Shown: positions 48,587-58,926, counted from the stretch's first letter. The stretch is DNA of 64,000 nt from an uncultured bacterium (GCA_963822585.1 CAWGIE010000036.1:192001-256000), one strand, 5' to 3'. Numbers and translations are program-made. The notes: generated by a model not told the origin, from the sequence alone.

Positions 48587-49261
48587 ATGAACGAAAAAGG
48601 GTTTTCCCCCGGCGAAGCCATCCGGTACGGCTGGGAGACGATGAAGAACAACATCGGTTTTTTTATCGGGCTCCTGATCGTCGCCGGCATCGTCACCATC
48701 GTTCCCAGGATTATCCAGGCTCTTACGGAGAAATCGCTGCCCGTCTTCTCGATCCTCTTCGGGATCCTGGCCGCGGTTCTTCAAATGATCGTCTCCCTGG
48801 GGCTGATCAGAATCGCCCTCAATTTTGTCGACAATGTCGAGAGTCGCACGAGCGATCTCTTCTCCTGTATCCCGCTCTTTTTTAAATACCTGCTGGCATC
48901 TATTCTCTACGGGTTAATCGTCATGCTCGGGTTGATCCTGCTCATCGTCCCCGGAATTATCTGGGCGATCAAGTTCCAGTTTTACGGTTATCTCATCGTG
49001 GACCGTAACCTGGGGCCGATCGAGGCACTGAAAGGCAGCAGCGCCGTCACCCGGGGAGCGAAAGGAGACCTCTTCGTCCTCGGCTTCCTGCTCGGCCTGA
49101 TCAACCTCCTGGGCGCTCTCTGCCTGCTGATCGGCCTTTTCGCCACCATCCCCACCGCGATGGTCTCCCTGGCGTTCGTCTTCCGCCGGCTCCAGGCCCT
49201 CTCCCGGCCGGCTCAAGCAACCGGAGAGATCCCCCTACCGGGACCCCCGGCTGCCGGTTGA
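48587..49261 (+). CDS. Integral membrane protein (DUF975/YciC-like)
   Basis: GGAGG RBS; several TM helices; LLIVPGII.AI, GPIEALKGS...T.G. Confidence 0.8.
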   Translation: MNEKGFSPGEAIRYGWETMKNNIGFFIGLLIVAGIVTIVPRIIQALTEKSLPVFSILFGILAAVLQMIVSLGLIRIALNFVDNVESRTSDLFSCIPLFFKYLLASILYGLIVMLGLILLIVPGIIWAIKFQFYGYLIVDRNLGPIEALKGSSAVTRGAKGDLFVLGFLLGLINLLGALCLLIGLFATIPTAMVSLAFVFRRLQALSRPAQATGEIPLPGPPAAG

Positions 49262-49295
49262 TGCGATAATTTTAACAAATCAGTCATCCAGGCGC

Positions 49296-49445
49296 AAATT
49301 ACACTACAAGTTGCCCGGAGGGGCTGACTTGTTGTTCGGAATTTCAATAACGTAGTGTGGAGTGTAAGGTATAAAGTGGAAAGTTTCATTACACTTTAAA
49401 CTTTACGCTTTACACTACAAGTTGCGCCGGAGGCGCTAACTTGTA
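49296..49445. repeat. 7-mer TGTAAAG/CTTTACA inverted-arm element with two GGAGG hairpins
   Basis: agtgtggagtgtaaggtataaagtggaaagt ... acactttaaactttacgctttacact; acaagttgcccggaggggctgacttgt and tacaagttgcgccggaggcgctaacttgta. Confidence 0.65.
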
Positions 49446-49446
49446 T

Positions 49447-49890
49447 ATGAAATATTCGGAAGCCAAACAGGGCCGCACTTTCATCATCCGCCTGGAAGAC
49501 GGCGAGGTTCTCCACGAGGTCCTGGAAAAGTTTGCCGCCGACCGCGGCATCAAGCGGGCTTTTCTGATCGCGCTCGGAGGCGCCGGTAAAGACAGCACTC
49601 TGGTGGTGGGCCCGGAAGAGGCCGACGCCCGTCCGGTTATCCCCCTCACCCATACTCTCGCCGACGTGCATGAAATCGCCGGCGTCGGCACACTCTTTCC
49701 CGACCGCAACGGCTCTCCCCTCCTCCATCTCCATCTTGCCTGCGGCAGAGGGGACCGGACCGTCACCGGGTGCGGGCGGACCGGGGTCCGGACCTGGCAG
49801 GTGGCCGAGGTTATCCTGGTTGAGTTGCTCGACACTCCCGCCCGGCGCGTCGCCGACCCCGATACCGGCTTCGAGCTCCTCCAGCCTTAG
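49447..49890 (+). CDS. PPC domain (DUF296) protein
   Basis: GRTFIIRLEDGE, HEIAGVG, LHLH.ACG, EV. Confidence 0.9.
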   Translation: MKYSEAKQGRTFIIRLEDGEVLHEVLEKFAADRGIKRAFLIALGGAGKDSTLVVGPEEADARPVIPLTHTLADVHEIAGVGTLFPDRNGSPLLHLHLACGRGDRTVTGCGRTGVRTWQVAEVILVELLDTPARRVADPDTGFELLQP

Positions 49891-49952
49891 TACAATTATG
49901 TGCCTTTAAAATTCCAGCCGTGGTATACTTCTCATCTGAAGGTTAAAACCAT

Positions 49953-52478
49953 ATGACCAGGGAAACGGATAACAAACACCCCCAGCAGACCGGGCCACGC
50001 GGCCAGCACGACGTGGAGGCCTTCCGGCAGGCCATGCTCGACAATCTCTACATTCTCCGCGGGCAGGGGTTGCAGTCGGCCAGCATTAATGACGGGTACT
50101 TCAGCCTCGCCTACACGGTGCGGGATTACCTGATGCGCCGCTGGCGAGACACCACCACCACTCATTATCAGACAAATCCGCGTTTCGTGTACTATCTCTC
50201 CGCCGAGTATTTGCTGGGTCCGCAGTTGCGGAAAAATCTCCTCTATACGGGAACCACCGACCTGGCCCGCAGCTCCCTGGAAGGAGTCGGACTCGATTAC
50301 AACGCCTTTCTGGCCCAGGACATCGAACCCGGACTCGGGACCGGAGGCCTGGGGCGGCTGGCGGCCTGTTTTCTCGACTCCCTGGCCACCCTCGATATCC
50401 CCACCGTCGGCTACGGTATCCGTTACGAGTACGGGATATTCAAGCAGAAGTTTGAGAACGGCTGGCAGGTTGAAAGCCCGGACGACTGGCTCGCCTACGG
50501 CTGCCCCTGGGAATACGGCCACCCGGACGCTCTGGTCGAGGTCAAATTTGGAGGCCATACGGAGTGGTATGTAGACAGTACCGGGACGCCCCGCAAACGC
50601 TGGACCGGGGGAAAAACGGTGCTGGGCGAACCCTACATGATGATGGTGCCGGGTTACCGTACCCGTACGGTCAACCTGCTCCGCCTCTGGCGGGCCCGGG
50701 CGTCCCGGGCCTTCGACTTCCAGCTTTTCGACGAAGGAGACTATGCTGAAGCGGTGGAGCAAAAGGTGCTCTCCGAGAACATCACCAAGGTGCTCTATCC
50801 CAACGATAACACCCCGCAGGGCAAGGAATTGCGCCTTAAACAACAATACTTCTTCGTCGCCTGCTCCCTGCGCGACATCATCCGCCGTTTCAAAATCCGC
50901 AACGATGACTGGAACATCCTCCCGGAGAAGGTGGTCATCCAGCTCAATGACACCCATCCGGTCCTGGCCATCCCTGAACTGATGCGGATACTGATCGATG
51001 AACTCCTGCTGGACTGGGACCGGGCCTGGCTGATCACCAGGAAAGTTTTCGCTTACACCTGTCACACGCTGCTGCCGGAAGCGCTGGAGAAGTGGCCGCT
51101 CGATCTCTTCGGGCGTCTTCTGCCCCGCCATCTGGAGATTATCTCTGAGATCAACCGCCGTTTCCTCGACCAGGTAAACGCCCGCTTCCCCGGGGAGCCT
51201 GAACGTCTGGTCCGGATGTCGCTGATCGGAAAAGCCCCTGAAAATCTGGTGCGGATGGCTAACCTGGCCTGCGTGGGCAGCTTCTCCATCAACGGCGTCG
51301 CCGAACTCCATTCCCGGCTGCTCCGGGAGCGAACTCTCCGTGACTTCGCCGAATTCTGGCCGGAAAAATTCAATAATATAACCAACGGTGTCACCCCGCG
51401 CCGATTCCTGCGTCTGGCCAACCCGCGCCTGGCCGCGATTATCAACGAAAAAATCGGAGAGGCCTGGTTGACCGATCTGGAGCAACTGAAAAACCTGGAG
51501 CGCTTCGCGCAAGACCCGGACTTTCGATCCTCCTGGCGAGCCGTCAAGCGGGCCAACAAGCAGGACCTGGCCGACCTCATCCGGGAGGCCCTCCGGATTG
51601 AGGTGAACCCCGACTCGATCTTTGACGTGATGGCCAAGCGGCTGCACGAATATAAGCGCCAGCATCTGAAAGCGCTGCATATTATCACGCTCTACCAGCG
51701 CCTGAAAGCGAACCCCGGAGTTGAAATCGTTCCCCGCACCTTTATCTTCGGGGCGAAGGCGGCGCCCGGCTACCGGATGGCCAAACTGATCATCAAGCTC
51801 ATCAACAACGTCGCGGCCGTGGTCAATCACGACCCGGCCACCGCCGGACTGCTGAAGGTCGCTTTCCTGCCCGACTTCAATGTCACCCTGGCTCAAAAAA
51901 TCTACCCGGCCGCCGATATCTCGGAACAGATTTCCCTGGCGGGGACGGAGGCGTCGGGCACGGGCAACATGAAGTTCGCCCTCAATGGCGCACTGACCGT
52001 CGGCACCCTGGACGGCGCCAATGTCGAGATCCGGGACCGGGTGGGACCGGAGAATTTCTTCCTCTTCGGACTGACGGCTGATGAGGTCTTCAGCCGGAAA
52101 GAAAAGGGTTACCGCCCCCGAGACTATTACGAAAGCAACCCCGATCTGCGGCGCGCGATTGACGCCGTCGCCGACGGCGCCTTCTCCCCCAATGACCGCC
52201 AGCTCTTTCACCCCCTCATTGAATCCCTCCTGAACCGGGACGAATACATGGTCCTGGCCGATTACATTCCCTACCTGGAATGCCAGGCCCGGGCCGAGCA
52301 AACCTACCGGGACAGTGAGGGCTGGACGCGGATGTCGATCCTGAACACGGCCCGCTGCGGCTTTTTTTCCTCCGACCGCGCCGTTCGCCAGTACTGCGAC
52401 GAGATCTGGAAGGTCAGCCCGCTCCCGATTCAGGAAGGGATCAAGGAAGTTATCGTACGGCCCAAAGACAGAGCTTGA
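49953..52478 (+). CDS. glgP: Glycogen/starch phosphorylase
   Basis: [50 protein letters not shown]. Confidence 0.97.
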   Translation: MTRETDNKHPQQTGPRGQHDVEAFRQAMLDNLYILRGQGLQSASINDGYFSLAYTVRDYLMRRWRDTTTTHYQTNPRFVYYLSAEYLLGPQLRKNLLYTGTTDLARSSLEGVGLDYNAFLAQDIEPGLGTGGLGRLAACFLDSLATLDIPTVGYGIRYEYGIFKQKFENGWQVESPDDWLAYGCPWEYGHPDALVEVKFGGHTEWYVDSTGTPRKRWTGGKTVLGEPYMMMVPGYRTRTVNLLRLWRARASRAFDFQLFDEGDYAEAVEQKVLSENITKVLYPNDNTPQGKELRLKQQYFFVACSLRDIIRRFKIRNDDWNILPEKVVIQLNDTHPVLAIPELMRILIDELLLDWDRAWLITRKVFAYTCHTLLPEALEKWPLDLFGRLLPRHLEIISEINRRFLDQVNARFPGEPERLVRMSLIGKAPENLVRMANLACVGSFSINGVAELHSRLLRERTLRDFAEFWPEKFNNITNGVTPRRFLRLANPRLAAIINEKIGEAWLTDLEQLKNLERFAQDPDFRSSWRAVKRANKQDLADLIREALRIEVNPDSIFDVMAKRLHEYKRQHLKALHIITLYQRLKANPGVEIVPRTFIFGAKAAPGYRMAKLIIKLINNVAAVVNHDPATAGLLKVAFLPDFNVTLAQKIYPAADISEQISLAGTEASGTGNMKFALNGALTVGTLDGANVEIRDRVGPENFFLFGLTADEVFSRKEKGYRPRDYYESNPDLRRAIDAVADGAFSPNDRQLFHPLIESLLNRDEYMVLADYIPYLECQARAEQTYRDSEGWTRMSILNTARCGFFSSDRAVRQYCDEIWKVSPLPIQEGIKEVIVRPKDRA

Positions 52479-52679
52479 TTATACCCTGCTCGAAAAGTTA
52501 TTTAAAAATATCACCTGGAACAACGAAGTGATTCACCACGAAGGACACGAAGTACACGAAGGATAATTGAGGGAATACAAGATTTAGCTCCTTTTTTTAG
52601 AAATCTTCGTGATCTTCGTGTCCTTCATGGTTTTTATTATTTATGTTTTAATGGGATACATTTCATGAACAGGGCTTAA
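52479..52679. repeat. Inverted-arm element, 9-mer family, copy 3, with outer imperfect inverted ends
   Basis: caccacgaaggacacgaagtacacgaagg ... cttcgtgatcttcgtgtccttcatggt; ends ttataccctgctcgaaa / tttcatgaacagggcttaa. Confidence 0.8.
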
Positions 52680-54625
52680 TTGACTGGAATGTCTCCCGTC
52701 TGGCCGAAATATATCCTGGTCACCCCTCGCAGGGCCCATAATCCACTGGAGTCGCGGAAGATGCCGGTATCCGTCCGGCCATCCCCGGTATAATCGGCCG
52801 GGACCGGCGTATCGATCGAGGAGCCGAAGTATGTCCTGGTCACCCCCCGTATCGACCAGAGACCGGAGGACGCCCGGAAGATCGCGGGCACCAGGATGCC
52901 GGAACCCAGATAATCGGCCGGGACCGCCCTATCCCCGCTCCCCCCGAAATAAACCCGGGTGACCCCCCGGACCGCCCAGAGCCCACCTGCCCCCGTGGGG
53001 CGGAAAAGACCCGGTTCAAATCCGCCGTCACCGTTGTAATCCCCGGGGATCGGCCGGTCGCCGCTGGCGCCGAAATAAACCCGGGACATTCCCCGCATCG
53101 CCCAGAGACCGGAAGACTCCCTAAAGATCCCGACATCGAAGGTGCCGTCGCCGTCGTAATCACCCGGAACAGGGGAGTCCGAGACTGCGCCGAAGTAGAA
53201 CCGGTTAAAACCCCGCACCGCCCAGAGACCGGAAACGCTCCGGAAGATCCCGGGGTCGGATGTCCCGTCCCCGTTATAGTCGCCGGGAACGGGTATATCC
53301 CCCGGAGAGCCGAAGTAGAACCGGCTCATCCCCCGGATCGCCCATAACCCCGAACTTTCCCGAAAGACAGCGATCTCAGCTGATCCGTCGCCGTTAAAAT
53401 CGCTTACCGGGATGGGGGAATGGGGCGGGGACGAACCGTATTCGTCCGCTCCGATATCCGGCCGGCCGTCCGTAATGAGGGCACAGTCAATGTCCGTGAT
53501 ACGGTCGGCGGTGGCCGTTCCCGCGTTGACCGCCGGAATGGCGCCCGAGGACAGGTGAAGATCGCCGCTGCCGGAATCGACAAAATACGCGGCCCCGGCC
53601 CCGATGGCGTTCGTGACCCGGGCCGGGTTATTGGACTCGAAACGATCGGTATAGAACTCCTCATCGGCCAGGTTGTTCATCAGCAGACAGTTGGATGATG
53701 CCGCGTACTGGACCTCGATCGAATACGGCCAGTTCCCCGGCGAATAGATAGTGTTGTTGATTACCTTCGCGTTCGGTGACTTGGAAACGCAGATCCCGAA
53801 GTCGGAGTTTCCGTACCCCTTGATGACATTATTCCGGATGATGCCGCCGGTGTGGCTGGGCGCCTGATCGTAACTGTTCCCGAATGATATCCCCATGTCG
53901 CAGTCGATGAGACGGTTGCGCTCGATAATAGTATTGGAAGATCCCTTCCAGCAGAGTATGGCCGGCCCGGCCAGGATCCCTCCCGGACCCGCCTTGATGT
54001 TCCTGAAGGTGTTGTCCCGGATGACCCAGTTATGAGAATTCAAAATATCGATCCCGTTGGTGTAATCACCTTCGGCCAGGGTGGTGGTGTATTCAAACAA
54101 AGAGCACTCGATGATTCCGTCTTCTTTCCTCCCGGTATCGAGACCGCCGCTGGATTTGAAGAGCTGCTCTCCGCAGTCCACCACCCGGATGTTGTGAAAA
54201 AGAAAATCCGACGGCGACGTCGAGGGATCGATGAAGACCCCGTGGTAGCGGACGTCCCGGACCGTGAGATCGGCCAGGGTGATCCCGCCGGCGTTGATGT
54301 AAACCCCGAAATAGGTGTCCCCGGAAACCATCCCTTCACCCCGGATCACCGCCTCATCCCGGTTTCCGGAGGCGGAGCGTATGGTAATGTCCGGCCGGTC
54401 GATCACGATCCCGTAGCCGGTAATCGGGTAGATCCCGCTATTCAGGAAGATTGTCGTTTTCCCGCTCGCGGTCGAGACCGCGTTCTGGAGTGCGGAGGTG
54501 GTGCTCACGTAGACCACGGTTTCGCCGGCGGGCGGGGGAAGGTGACCGCAGTCGCAATCCGCTTTCAATCCGGAGGAGATAAGCGGCAGCATGACGAATA
54601 AAGTTAGCGTGGATATAACCTTCAT
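52676..54625 (-). CDS. Secreted right-handed beta-helix protein with six C-terminal FG-GAP/VCBS-like repeats
   Basis: Signal peptide; IRDNTF/IERN/IRNNVI beta-helix; PDIGADEY; six roughly 40-aa DYxGDG...FR..SGLW..RG..R.YFG..D.PVP repeats. Confidence 0.88.
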   Translation of the reverse strand: MKVISTLTLFVMLPLISSGLKADCDCGHLPPPAGETVVYVSTTSALQNAVSTASGKTTIFLNSGIYPITGYGIVIDRPDITIRSASGNRDEAVIRGEGMVSGDTYFGVYINAGGITLADLTVRDVRYHGVFIDPSTSPSDFLFHNIRVVDCGEQLFKSSGGLDTGRKEDGIIECSLFEYTTTLAEGDYTNGIDILNSHNWVIRDNTFRNIKAGPGGILAGPAILCWKGSSNTIIERNRLIDCDMGISFGNSYDQAPSHTGGIIRNNVIKGYGNSDFGICVSKSPNAKVINNTIYSPGNWPYSIEVQYAASSNCLLMNNLADEEFYTDRFESNNPARVTNAIGAGAAYFVDSGSGDLHLSSGAIPAVNAGTATADRITDIDCALITDGRPDIGADEYGSSPPHSPIPVSDFNGDGSAEIAVFRESSGLWAIRGMSRFYFGSPGDIPVPGDYNGDGTSDPGIFRSVSGLWAVRGFNRFYFGAVSDSPVPGDYDGDGTFDVGIFRESSGLWAMRGMSRVYFGASGDRPIPGDYNGDGGFEPGLFRPTGAGGLWAVRGVTRVYFGGSGDRAVPADYLGSGILVPAIFRASSGLWSIRGVTRTYFGSSIDTPVPADYTGDGRTDTGIFRDSSGLWALRGVTRIYFGQTGDIPVN

Positions 54626-54771
54626 CTATTGTTAATATACACTGGATTCCGGCATGCGGCCAGGGATGCGGATATTAGATATATAGTGTCGGGGCGAACC
54701 CCGGTGTTGGTCCGAATATTCAATGACCAACGCCCCATAACCACTTTCCAAATACAGATGGCTCGTATCCA

Positions 54772-55623
54772 ATGGAAATATTCTTAACAAACAATATCCT
54801 GCGGTTGAAAAAAAAAGGAGAGGCGGCGGTACTGGTCCGTCCCGCCTCGATTCGTTCGACCGCGCCGACGGAGGCGGGCGGGGGGATTCTGATCGGGGAA
54901 GCAGGCAGGATCCAGGGCTCTCTCGGCGGCGGTGAAGTCGAAGAACGGATTATCGGGCAAGCCCGGGAAGTTATCCGGGACGGGCGATCACGGCGACTGG
55001 AGATCGGTGTCAGCCCTCGGGAAGAGAAGGAGCGAGGTATGCGTCCGGGGGGGACGCTGAAATTTTATGCCGAGCCGGTCAGTGAGATTCCCACTCTCTG
55101 CATCTTCGGCGCCGGCGCGCTGGGCGCCGTCCTGGCCCGGATGGGGAGCCTGGCCGGATTCCTGGTCATCGCGGTCGACGTCGATCCGGTCTTCGCCTCC
55201 CCGGAGAGGTTCCCGGATGCGGCGATCATCCTGACCGACCAGTACCGGGATCTGGCCGGACGGCTCCCGGCCGATCTTTCCTGGTACCTGGTGATCGCGA
55301 CCAGAAACCACCATCGTGACAAACGGGTCCTCAAGCAAGCCGTCGAGATGAACGCGGCCTATGTGGGAATTCTTTTCAGCCGCAAGAAAAAGGACGCCTT
55401 TTTCGCCCAGCTGGAAAAAGAAGGGATTTCCCGGGAACTCCTGGACCGCGTCCACCTGCCCGCGGGCCTCCCGATCGGCGCCGCGACCATACAAGAAATG
55501 GCGGTCAGTATCCTGGCTGAGATAATAGAGGTGAGGCACACCCGGACATGCGGCCGGGAAAATAATAAATTCCAAACACCTCAGCCAAAGGCTGATCAGC
55601 CTCCGGCTGAAAATAACAAATAA
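54772..55623 (+). CDS. xdhC: XdhC/CoxI family Mo-hydroxylase maturation factor
   Basis: GSLGGGEVE, IFGAG, IATRNH..D, YVG, PAGLPIGA.T..EMAVSILAEII. Confidence 0.88.
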   Translation: MEIFLTNNILRLKKKGEAAVLVRPASIRSTAPTEAGGGILIGEAGRIQGSLGGGEVEERIIGQAREVIRDGRSRRLEIGVSPREEKERGMRPGGTLKFYAEPVSEIPTLCIFGAGALGAVLARMGSLAGFLVIAVDVDPVFASPERFPDAAIILTDQYRDLAGRLPADLSWYLVIATRNHHRDKRVLKQAVEMNAAYVGILFSRKKKDAFFAQLEKEGISRELLDRVHLPAGLPIGAATIQEMAVSILAEIIEVRHTRTCGRENNKFQTPQPKADQPPAENNK

Positions 55624-55779
55624 ATTTCAAAGCCCAATATCCAAACTGGCTGGTTCGCGGCCGGCAAAGCTGTTGCCACGGACGCGCAAGTTAATAAACC
55701 TCCGGATAAAAAGGTTTGGGATTTTGGATTTCGGTCATTGGAATTTGTTTATTATTTGTGATTTGTAATTTGGGATTTT
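55559..55779. repeat. Inverted-arm element, 7-mer AAAT family, with nested hairpin
   Basis: aaataataaattccaaacacc[tcagccaaaggctgatcagcctccggctga]aaataacaaataaat ... tttgggattttggatttcggtcattggaatttgtttattatttgtgatttgtaatttgggatttt. Confidence 0.85.
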
Positions 55780-55854
55780 GTTGATACCTTGATGTCGCAT
55801 TCAGCCATTGAGCATGTTCTATCGGAAAACGCTAACTTCAATTGGAGTCACATC

Positions 55855-56958
55855 ATGCTTGCCAAACGCACCAAAAAGATCGACTCGTCGGGGATCCGCA
55901 AGATCTTCGACCTCGGCCAGTCGATTAAAAGCCCCATCAATCTGAGTATCGGCCAGCCCCATTTCGATGTCCCGGAAGAAGTCCAGGAAGCGGCGATCCG
56001 GGCGATCCGTTCCGGAAGAAACGCCTACACCCTGACCCAGGGCCTTCCTGCTCTCAACGAAAAGATCATGTCCGCCCTGACTGAACAGGTCGGGCGACCC
56101 TTTGATGCTTCCATCGTCACCTGCGGGGTTTCGGGGGGACTGGTACTGGCCTTCATGGCGCTGGTGGACACGGGGGACGAGGTCCTCTGTCCGGACCCCT
56201 ATTTCGTCATGTACAAACACCTGATCAACCTCTTCGGGGGAAAACCGGTCTTCTACGACACCTATCCCGACTTCCTCCTGCGCGGTGAAAAGATCGAAAA
56301 ACTGATCACCCCCCGCACCAAGATCATCATCGTCAGTTCCCCGGCCAACCCCACCGGGGCGGTACATTCGGAGGAAGAATTAAAGGAAATCGGCCGCATC
56401 GCCGAGAAGCACGGCATCTTGATCATCACCGACGAAATCTACGCCCTCTTCAGTTATGACGGGCCTCATCTCTCGATGGCTTCCTACGCGGAGAACTGCC
56501 TGCTGCTGGGGGGATATTCCAAGTCTCATTCGCTGACCGGGTGGCGGCTCGGCTACGCCCTCGGGCCGGCCGCACTGATCGGCGAGATGACCAAGCTCCA
56601 GCAGTACACCTTCGTCTGCGCCCCTTCCTTTGCCCAGGAAGCCGCGCTGGCGGCGATGGACATCGACACGTCCCCCCGGCGCGATGATTACCGGCGGAAA
56701 CGGGACCTCATTTATGAAGGGTTGCAAGATCTCGGCTACCGGGTGGAGAAACCGGGCGGGGCGTTTTACATTTTCCCCGAGTGCCCGTGGGGGACCGATC
56801 AGGAATTCGTTTCCGAGGCGATCATGAACAAGCTTCTCGTCATCCCCGGATCGGTCTTCTCGGAGCGGAATACCCACTTCCGCATCTCCTACGCCGCCGA
56901 GGACGAGACGATCAAACGCGGGCTGGAGGTGCTGGGAAAGCTGTTGGAGCGGGGCTAG
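55855..56958 (+). CDS. Class I/II PLP-dependent aminotransferase
   Basis: NLSIGQP, DPYF, SPANPTG, DEIY, SKSHSLTGWRLG, GAFY, PGSVF, RISY. Confidence 0.93.
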   Translation: MLAKRTKKIDSSGIRKIFDLGQSIKSPINLSIGQPHFDVPEEVQEAAIRAIRSGRNAYTLTQGLPALNEKIMSALTEQVGRPFDASIVTCGVSGGLVLAFMALVDTGDEVLCPDPYFVMYKHLINLFGGKPVFYDTYPDFLLRGEKIEKLITPRTKIIIVSSPANPTGAVHSEEELKEIGRIAEKHGILIITDEIYALFSYDGPHLSMASYAENCLLLGGYSKSHSLTGWRLGYALGPAALIGEMTKLQQYTFVCAPSFAQEAALAAMDIDTSPRRDDYRRKRDLIYEGLQDLGYRVEKPGGAFYIFPECPWGTDQEFVSEAIMNKLLVIPGSVFSERNTHFRISYAAEDETIKRGLEVLGKLLERG

Positions 56959-57284
56959 TCAGCGAACAGTTCCTGCAGTACCGCGAGGACATTACACCGG
57001 GTCAGCGACGAAATACTTCCGAGTCTGCGAATCAGTCGCCCCTTATCCACCGTTCGGATCTGGTCGAGCACAATCTGTCCGCTTTTACCTTTAAAAGTGC
57101 ATGGCACTCGAGTCGGATAATCTCTCCCCTTGGTCGTCAGGGGAGCCACGATGACGGTTCTGATATTTCGGTTCATCTCATCAGGGGAGATCACCAAGCA
57201 GGGACGTGTCTTCCTGATCTCGCTTCCACGGGTCGGATCAAGTGATATGAGAAAGACATCGAATCTATCGACTACCATTCCCAT
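56955..57284 (-). CDS. mazF: Type II toxin, PemK/MazF family
   Basis: LDPTRGSEIRKTRPCLVISPDEMN, VAPLT, DQIRTVDK.RL. Confidence 0.93.
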   Translation of the reverse strand: MGMVVDRFDVFLISLDPTRGSEIRKTRPCLVISPDEMNRNIRTVIVAPLTTKGRDYPTRVPCTFKGKSGQIVLDQIRTVDKGRLIRRLGSISSLTRCNVLAVLQELFAD

Positions 57285-57526
57285 TCTTCTTGATCCCACG
57301 GCTGCCTGGTTTCCGCCACCTGATCGAGGAGCCGGTCATCATCGTTTGCTGCCATTCCGGCGAAGGCTTCATCCCAGCCCTGGCGGGGACCATGAGCGGA
57401 ACGAATCACAAGCTCATGATTGTGGACTTCCATTTCCACCTCATCCTGAAATCCGCACTGCTTCAGCACCGGCTTGGGCAGACGAATGCCCTTGCTGTTT
57501 CCGATTCTGATGATGGCCGCTTTCAT
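57272..57526 (-). CDS. mazE: Type II antitoxin, AbrB/MazE family
   Basis: IGNSKGIRLPK, PRQGW, DQEEWEW; overlaps the toxin start. Confidence 0.93.
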   Translation of the reverse strand: MKAAIIRIGNSKGIRLPKPVLKQCGFQDEVEMEVHNHELVIRSAHGPRQGWDEAFAGMAANDDDRLLDQVAETRQPWDQEEWEW

Positions 57527-57527
57527 G

Positions 57528-57561
57528 ATTACAATGTAATTACTGTGCTCTTTGCCGTCAA
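57528..57561 (-). promoter_or_regulatory. Sigma70 promoter with overlapping palindromic operator (probably leaderless)
   Basis: TTGACG-N17-TACATT-6 nt-ATG; palindrome ATTACA-T-TGTAAT (57528-57540) covers the -10 box. Confidence 0.7.
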
Positions 57562-57632
57562 GAAGATTCTATCCGGCTCCTCGCAATGACCTTCATTTTG
57601 CGAAATACAGTTTCTTCGGGATAGTTTTACAT

Positions 57633-58880
57633 TCAGGTTTTTGTCCGGTATTCCGCGGGCACCGGGTCGGATCCTTCCCAGACAACCTGCCGGAAGTGAA
57701 ACGGATCAGTGTTTCCCTCGGTATTGATCAGGAGGACCTGAGAGTCCGGGCCCAGCTGCAGTTGGTTTTTTAACTCCCGGCAGCACGGCTGCTGCATGAT
57801 GAACATCAGGGCCCCCAGGGTGACCGCGCCCGACTCGCCGGAGACGATGAACGGGTCCCCTTCCAGGGGCACCCCGTAGACCCGCATCCCCTTGGCCGCC
57901 ACGTAGTCCGGGCAGGTGATGAAAAAATCGGCGCAGTCCCGGAGGATCTCCCAGGCGATCGGGTTCGGATCACCGCAGGCCAATCCGGCCATGATCGTGT
58001 CCAGGCCGCCCCGGAAGGAATGGGGCTTCCCGTCCCCGATCCGGGCGGATTCGAAGATACAGGCCGCCGCCTCCGGCTCGACCACGATCGAACGGGGAGA
58101 TTCGGTCCCGAACAATCCCCCATAGAAACCGATCGTCGAGGCCGCCAACGAGCCGACACCCGCCTGCACGAATAGATGAGACGGCTTGATAAAACCCTGG
58201 GCGGAAAGCTGCTCCTGAATCTCCGCGAACATGGTGGTGTACCCCTGCATCACCCAGATCGGGATCTCCTCGTAGCCTTCCCAGGAGGTGTCCTCGATAA
58301 CCTGCCAGCCGAATTTTTCCGCGTCTGATTTTATCTGCCTGACGGCATCGTCATAGGTCCCCTTGATGATCTTCACCGTGGCCCCGTAGCCCTCGATCGC
58401 CCTGATCCGGGCCGGAGAGGTGTCCTCGTGAACGTAGATAACCGCCGGACGCCCGAGCCGGGCGGCGGCCCAGGCGACCCCTCGGCCGTGATTACCGTCG
58501 GTAGCGGCGGCGAAGGTGAGATCGCCCAGCTCTCGGGCGACTTCGGGTGTGGTCAGAGCGGAAAAAGGGACTTCCCTGTCTTCTATACCGAGACGGCGTT
58601 TGAGGTACGTGTAAATGGCGAAGGAGCCGCCCAGGACCTTGAATGAATTGAGCGTCAGCCGCTGAGATTCATCCTTGACCCAGATATTGCCCAGCCCGAG
58701 TAGAGTCGAGAGATTGTCCAGCCCTTTCAGAGGACTCATCCGGTAACCCAGGATCTGGCGGTGGAATTCCCGTGCCCGCTGTGCGATCCCGGGCGGTATC
58801 ACCTTGCACACCTTCTCCGGGGAGCACGCCGTCCAGGCACGGGGATTCCTCATCCATCTGATCGGTTCTCTATTTTTCAT
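57633..58880 (-). CDS. dpaL: Diaminopropionate ammonia-lyase
   Basis: VKDESQR..LNSFKVLGG, ATDGNHG, YDDAV, DTSW.GY, QAGVGS, TIMAGLACG, SGESGA, TEGNTD. Confidence 0.95.
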   Translation of the reverse strand: MKNREPIRWMRNPRAWTACSPEKVCKVIPPGIAQRAREFHRQILGYRMSPLKGLDNLSTLLGLGNIWVKDESQRLTLNSFKVLGGSFAIYTYLKRRLGIEDREVPFSALTTPEVARELGDLTFAAATDGNHGRGVAWAAARLGRPAVIYVHEDTSPARIRAIEGYGATVKIIKGTYDDAVRQIKSDAEKFGWQVIEDTSWEGYEEIPIWVMQGYTTMFAEIQEQLSAQGFIKPSHLFVQAGVGSLAASTIGFYGGLFGTESPRSIVVEPEAAACIFESARIGDGKPHSFRGGLDTIMAGLACGDPNPIAWEILRDCADFFITCPDYVAAKGMRVYGVPLEGDPFIVSGESGAVTLGALMFIMQQPCCRELKNQLQLGPDSQVLLINTEGNTDPFHFRQVVWEGSDPVPAEYRTKT

Positions 58881-58926
58881 TTTCTTACTCAGCTCCGCGG
58901 TCTGCCCCGTCACCGCCCCGAAGCCT

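Noticed and set aside
49932..52301. 789-aa minus-strand ORF (likewise 326-919, 3451-4692, 6843-8165, 14923-15924, 16204-17439, 22672-23970, 35983-37839)
   Set aside because: Antisense shadows of well-recognised genes in high-GC DNA, with no motifs of their own.
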